A stretch of DNA of 64,000 bases, from positions 1 through 64,000 of the forward strand of contig JAFGSQ010000037.1 in the NCBI GenBank assembly GCA_016934535.1. The letters run 5' to 3'. The notes under the pieces are model-generated. The model saw only the letters and a list, made by a program, of their open reading frames with translations. It was not told the origin of the DNA and ran no database searches. Shown one piece after another: positions 59,711-64,000 of this stretch (position 1 is its first letter; every line of letters starts with the position of its first letter). Source of the stretch: a candidate division WOR-3 bacterium (GTDB lineage: Bacteria; SDB-A). The position numbers and the translations under genes are program-made.

Positions 59711-59744
59711 GAGAGGTTCTCCACGAGGAGAACCTCTTTCGTTT
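59711..59744 (+). terminator. Strong hairpin, probable terminator
   Basis: GAGAGGTTCTCC-ACGA-GGAGAACCTCTT (11 Watson-Crick pairs plus one GU), followed by TCGTTT. Confidence 0.75.
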
Positions 59745-59788
59745 AGGCTTAAAATGTACAACAATCATGGAACACACGGAGAAAGGAA

Positions 59789-60007
59789 ATGTTTTTTGGT
59801 TCTGAGCTGAGCGGCCAAAAAGCTGATGAATTCAGCGGCGACGACTCCAATGAATTTTTGGAAGCGGACGATTTTGAAGACGGCAGAAAAAAGAGAGTAA
59901 AGATCAGAGACAGAAAAACTTCGGACGAATTCCCTTACGAAAGCAAATGGAAGAAAATGAGCGCGGACAAAAGAAGAAAAAAAAAGAATTTTAAAAAAAA
60001 ACATTGA
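59789..60007 (+). CDS. Small charge-segregated hypothetical protein (72 aa)
   Basis: Purine-rich SD-like GGAGAAAGG; acidic N-half, very basic C-half. Confidence 0.6.
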   Translation: MFFGSELSGQKADEFSGDDSNEFLEADDFEDGRKKRVKIRDRKTSDEFPYESKWKKMSADKRRKKKNFKKKH

Positions 60008-60080
60008 CATTCCCTTTGTTTTTTCAAGTCACTTGAAATAGAATTTACCTTTAAATTGAAATCATAAGATCGGCAAATCA

Positions 60081-60791
60081 ATGAAAAAAACTGGGGCAAT
60101 TTACTTTATAACTATTCTTTTCTCAGTCGTGTCAAGCGCTCAATTACCTTTAATTGAAAAGATTGAGAAAAAAAGTTACGTATATCTGCTCGGCGGATAC
60201 AACAGGGCTGAGATGTCAGAACTCAACACCTCTTTGAGAAAATTCGGCTATCCTGAATTCTGTCAGCGCTTTTATTCTTACGGGATAGGTTATCACTACA
60301 AAGTCGGCGACAGGTACATCCTCAGACTTGCCGGGAGAAAATATCTGCCTCAGAAGAACGCTGAAGGAGGCAGAACGATCAGCGTCAGCGCTGAATGGAT
60401 ATACGCCGAAAGTCAATTTGGTTATGTATTTAAAAAAAGCGAAAATGCGGATTTTTATTTGCTTTTCGGAGCCGGGATCAATGATGTCAGATTGAAGATA
60501 TTTGATGCCGAAAAGACCGGATTTGATTCTCTTTTACTTTTTCCCGAAAGAGGAATTGAATTTTCCGGCAAAATTTTCAGCGTGTCTTTATCAATAGGAA
60601 CTGATTTGCTTATTGGCCCTCTGAAGTGCGTCTCTGAAAAATCGGGAATAGTGCTCGGGGGTAATTTTGGTTATCGTTTCACTCCTTATTGTTTTTCCTG
60701 GGAAACCCCTTCTTTCAATGTCGAAGGAGGCCCGTCCATGGATATATCAGGACCATTTTTTGAATTTTACGCAGGCTGGGGAGAACTTTAA
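60081..60791 (+). CDS. Probable outer-membrane beta-barrel protein
   Basis: Signal peptide, alternating aromatic/Gly beta strands, C-terminal FFEFYAGW. Confidence 0.65.
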   Translation: MKKTGAIYFITILFSVVSSAQLPLIEKIEKKSYVYLLGGYNRAEMSELNTSLRKFGYPEFCQRFYSYGIGYHYKVGDRYILRLAGRKYLPQKNAEGGRTISVSAEWIYAESQFGYVFKKSENADFYLLFGAGINDVRLKIFDAEKTGFDSLLLFPERGIEFSGKIFSVSLSIGTDLLIGPLKCVSEKSGIVLGGNFGYRFTPYCFSWETPSFNVEGGPSMDISGPFFEFYAGWGEL

Positions 60792-60810
60792 AAAAAACCG
60801 GAGGTTGCTC

Positions 60811-62046
60811 GTGCCCGAAAAACAAAGAACAGTAATTCACGCCGAGACTCTATTCGACGGCATAAAGAAAATTGATGACGTGAATGTGGTGATCGAAAAA
60901 GACAAAATCACCGATATCTCAAAAAGTTCCGCCAGAGCTGATATTTCAGGAATAGTAACTCCGTCTTTCATAGACGCCCATTCTCACATCGGAATGGCCA
61001 GGGAGGGTGAACCCGGAGACGAAGAAGAGACCAACGACATAACCTCGCAATTCCTTCCTCTCAACGATCCTTACAACAGCATTTATTTCGACGACAGGGC
61101 TTTTTCTGACGCTGTGGATTTCGGTGTACTTTACAGCTGTGTTGTCCCCGGCAGCGGGAATCTTCTCGGCGGAAAAGCAGTCGTTATAAGAAATTTCGCT
61201 CAGAACAGGGGAGAAGGACTCTTTAAAGAGTACGGTTACAAAATGGCTCTCGGATACAATCCCCGTTCTACAGGTCAGTGGAAAGGCGAAAGACCCAACA
61301 CAAGGATGGGAATCTACGCCATGCTTGAAAGCAAATTCGACGAAGTGCTTTGCAAGAGAGAGAAGGCCGGAGTAGCCGCCGAAAAAGAAAAATCGGCGTT
61401 GTCGAGATCGCTTTCCGAAAAAAAAATAACCGGAGACGAGGCGAAAGAAGAGACGGCGAGAATAGAAAAAGCTTTTGAGCTCGAACTTTCCTCAGCCGAA
61501 AAAGAGATCCTAAAAATCCTCGACGGGAAGAAGACTGTCAAAGTCCACGTTCACAAAGAGGACGACGCCCTTTATCTCATAGACCTTGTAAAAAAATACA
61601 AAATTAAAGCGACGGCGGACCATCTCGGCAACGTTTTTCACAAAGAAATATTCGATGAACTCGCTGAAAACGGTATTCCGATAGTGTATGGACCGCTGAA
61701 CTCATTCTCGTACAAGGTTGAACTCAAACATTCGTATTACCAGAATGTAAAACTGCTGATGGAATCGAAGGCTTTTTACGGTTTGATGACGGATCATCCC
61801 GTCATTATGACAGGCTCTCTCAGGGACAGTCTCAAGTATTTCATGATATACGGCATGACTGAGGAAAAGGCGATAGGAATAATAACAAAAAACAACGCGG
61901 AAATTCTCGGAGTTGAAGAAACTCTCGGAACCGTGGAGACCGGAAAACTCGCCAGCCTCGTCGTGTGGGACAATGATCCCTTGCATTTTTCAGCTTATCC
62001 CCGCGCCGTATTCGCCGAAGGCAGACTGATAAGACAAAGAAACTGA
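60811..62046 (+). CDS. Metal-dependent amidohydrolase
   Basis: IDAHSHIG, KVHVH, DH, TDHPV, GTVETGK.A.LVVW; SD GGAGG before GTG 60811. Confidence 0.9.
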   Translation: MPEKQRTVIHAETLFDGIKKIDDVNVVIEKDKITDISKSSARADISGIVTPSFIDAHSHIGMAREGEPGDEEETNDITSQFLPLNDPYNSIYFDDRAFSDAVDFGVLYSCVVPGSGNLLGGKAVVIRNFAQNRGEGLFKEYGYKMALGYNPRSTGQWKGERPNTRMGIYAMLESKFDEVLCKREKAGVAAEKEKSALSRSLSEKKITGDEAKEETARIEKAFELELSSAEKEILKILDGKKTVKVHVHKEDDALYLIDLVKKYKIKATADHLGNVFHKEIFDELAENGIPIVYGPLNSFSYKVELKHSYYQNVKLLMESKAFYGLMTDHPVIMTGSLRDSLKYFMIYGMTEEKAIGIITKNNAEILGVEETLGTVETGKLASLVVWDNDPLHFSAYPRAVFAEGRLIRQRN

Positions 62047-62047
62047 T

Positions 62048-62803
62048 TTGACTTTGTTTTTTTTGATTATGACATTCGGTTTGCAGGGGAACATAGCGGT
62101 TTCTTCTGAAGTCGGCGAAAGGATTTCAACCGTTCTGTCGGCACTGAAAATCCACTGCGACAGGTGTGAGCTTTCGAGAGAGGGGCATCTTTATTACATA
62201 GATCCCGCCGAATATCTTCCGGAGACTCCTGAGTCTCCCCGCTTAGGACAAAAAAGAGGTGACGACGAAGGCGTGTCGGTCCAGAGACTCGTTTACGGCA
62301 TTCCTTACAAAGTTGACGGAGAAGAAGTGATTTTTGAAATCGAAAGTGTTTACCCGGTCAGAACGGGCCGCCTCGGTTTCGGTTTTCTAAGAAGATCGGG
62401 CAGGACTCCGACGGGATTTTACGTTTTCGGAGATTATTATCTCGCGCAGGAAAAATATACAAACCTCAGCTCGACTCATCCGGGCGAAATAACGACAGGA
62501 AAAATTCTTCTCGTCAACGTCATTAAAAACGGAAGGTCCATATACGAGGAGACACTGGGTCAGAACAACCCTCTGTTGAGAGGTGTCATTGTCCACGGCT
62601 TCGGCCTTTCTGAGGAAGAAGAGGCTGGCGAAGATGAAGGTTCGAAGGGTTGTATTCACGTTACGGCATACGGCATAATCGACATGATAAGCACGCTGAA
62701 AAGAAACAGAGGCAGAACTTATATTTTCATTTGGGGCTCGTCGCCGGGTTTTGACGACCTGCCGGATTATGAAAAGCGAATTTTCGAGAGTTTGAGCAGA
62801 TGA
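62048..62803 (+). CDS. YkuD-like L,D-transpeptidase family protein
   Basis: SGRTPTGFY, IVHG...GSKGCI catalytic His/Cys motif. Confidence 0.7.
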   Translation: MTLFFLIMTFGLQGNIAVSSEVGERISTVLSALKIHCDRCELSREGHLYYIDPAEYLPETPESPRLGQKRGDDEGVSVQRLVYGIPYKVDGEEVIFEIESVYPVRTGRLGFGFLRRSGRTPTGFYVFGDYYLAQEKYTNLSSTHPGEITTGKILLVNVIKNGRSIYEETLGQNNPLLRGVIVHGFGLSEEEEAGEDEGSKGCIHVTAYGIIDMISTLKRNRGRTYIFIWGSSPGFDDLPDYEKRIFESLSR

Positions 62804-62831
62804 TAATCCGGAAAAAACGAGGGGAAATTAA

Positions 62832-63983
62832 ATGAACATGATCATACTGCTGTCTCTGCTTTGCAGTCAAAGGGTGTTTTTCGATCCGGTTCTGATAACC
62901 GATGACTACATTTACGATAAATTCGGTTTCAGGCAGGTCACAGTAGAAGCTCCAGACAGGTCTGTTGTGATAACTTTGGCCGGAGATATAAACATGTCGG
63001 CGTCGAAAACTTACGTTGACTCAGGTGGTGCGGTTTCGAGCAGGGGAGTCCTCACTTTTTCCGTCTTCAGCGACTCCATAAAAGGACAAATCAACGGAGA
63101 CATTAACTACTGCAATCTCGAAACCGTAGTTCTGAACGACAATACTCTCAGACATGCAGACAAGAGTTTTTGTTTCAGGATGCACACCAACGCTTTTCGT
63201 CACCTTCTCGGGTTAGGCTTCAACCTTTTCGGTCTTGCAAACAACCACATGGAAGATTACGGTGCCCAGGGTATAATCCAGACCATTGATAACATTTCGG
63301 CACTGCAGTCGGATTTCACGTTTTCTTTCGCAGGCGCCGGGAAAAATTATGAAGAATCTGTCAAACCGTCTGTTTTTGAGGTAAAAGGTCACACGTTCGC
63401 GTTTTCGAGCATAGGCATTTCCGGTCTGCCGGCGACGAGGTACGGAGCAGGTGTCGCTCTGACTTCATTCTGCGACAGAGTACTTCAGGAATTGTCTGTG
63501 GCCGAAGCCGATTACAGAATACTTGCCGTTCACGCCGGTCTTGAGAGAAACGAATTTGTGACTCAGATACAGACATCGGTCTTCAGAAAAGCTCTCGACG
63601 AATACAAGATAGATCTCGTCGTCGGCACGCACCCTCACATAGTTCAGGGCGTCGAATACAACGACGGAAGAATAGCCTTCTACAGTCTCGGAAACTTCCT
63701 TATGCTCGGCGCGCGCGACATGTCAACGGTCGAAAACTCTTACTGTAAAAAAGACTTCGGACTGTTCGTAAGAATCTATCTGTCGGATTCCCTCGATCTC
63801 GACTCAGTGACCGTACACCCTGTCTTCAACATGCATTTTCAGCCGTATTTTCTCGTGGACTCGGTTTCGGTGAGAAGGAGAATAGACTGGCTCAACAGGA
63901 TAAGCTTTCAGCCTTATCTCAGTCCCGGCGGTGAAAAAGTGCATTTCGAAAGCGACGGCAGCAGAGGGATTTTTGTCCCTTAA
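62832..63983 (+). CDS. CapA family metallophosphoesterase
   Basis: AGDI, NLET, LANNHMEDYG, VHAG.E, GTHPH..Q, YSLGNF. Confidence 0.88.
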   Translation: MNMIILLSLLCSQRVFFDPVLITDDYIYDKFGFRQVTVEAPDRSVVITLAGDINMSASKTYVDSGGAVSSRGVLTFSVFSDSIKGQINGDINYCNLETVVLNDNTLRHADKSFCFRMHTNAFRHLLGLGFNLFGLANNHMEDYGAQGIIQTIDNISALQSDFTFSFAGAGKNYEESVKPSVFEVKGHTFAFSSIGISGLPATRYGAGVALTSFCDRVLQELSVAEADYRILAVHAGLERNEFVTQIQTSVFRKALDEYKIDLVVGTHPHIVQGVEYNDGRIAFYSLGNFLMLGARDMSTVENSYCKKDFGLFVRIYLSDSLDLDSVTVHPVFNMHFQPYFLVDSVSVRRRIDWLNRISFQPYLSPGGEKVHFESDGSRGIFVP

Positions 63984-64000
63984 TCCGGGCGGATGAAACA

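Noticed and set aside
60022..60038. Inverted repeat TTTCAAG-TCA-CTTGAAA
   Set aside because: Short and AT-rich; spacing differs from the 20374 motif, so it cannot be distinguished from chance
60667..60810. Long N-terminal extension of the amidohydrolase
   Set aside because: Overlaps the upstream gene; GGAGG plus GTG at 60811 is the better start
1..64000. Alternative genetic code or stop-codon readthrough
   Set aside because: Conserved genes are full length under code 11, and TAA, TAG and TGA all end genes at expected positions

Overview
Gene-dense, fairly AT-rich bacterial chromosomal window made mostly of core genes. I see no prophage, transposase, integron or CRISPR array. The host is a diderm (TamA/TamB, Wza-like SLBB protein, TonB-C protein, beta-barrel) and probably anaerobic (2[4Fe-4S] ferredoxin, PPi-PFK). 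The repertoire would fit an FCB-related candidate phylum such as WOR-3, but this is unverified inference. Contents in order: a giant TPR protein coupled to an unlisted Cys-motif/coiled-coil ORF; ferredoxin; SLBB-pfp-pckA; a minus-strand operon (DUF3467, carboxyltransferase, BCCP, LonC, serS, tamL, tamB); a long plus-strand run (J-domain protein, comEC, saccharopine dehydrogenase, mtaB, miaB, mutS, folC, xseB, ispA, DUF212, dxs, diguanylate cyclase, udp, mreBC); recJ, pgeF, TonB-C, tautomerase; trmFO, rpiB, glyA, transglutaminase; xerC, rhomboid, moxR, DUF3108, manC, rdgB, tRNA-Pro; GH57; HEAT/CFI-box-CTERM protein; amidohydrolase, L,D-transpeptidase, CapA. The most interesting observations are: (1) an unannotated 40-aa histone-H1-like gene with a long structured 3' RNA; (2) repeated leaderless-mRNA promoter geometry; (3) a tandem palindromic operator over two divergent -35 boxes; (4) very short signal-like N-termini with no basic residues; (5) a comEC start one T short of a coupled GTGA overlap. 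All calls come from reading the sequence by eye, with no database searches.
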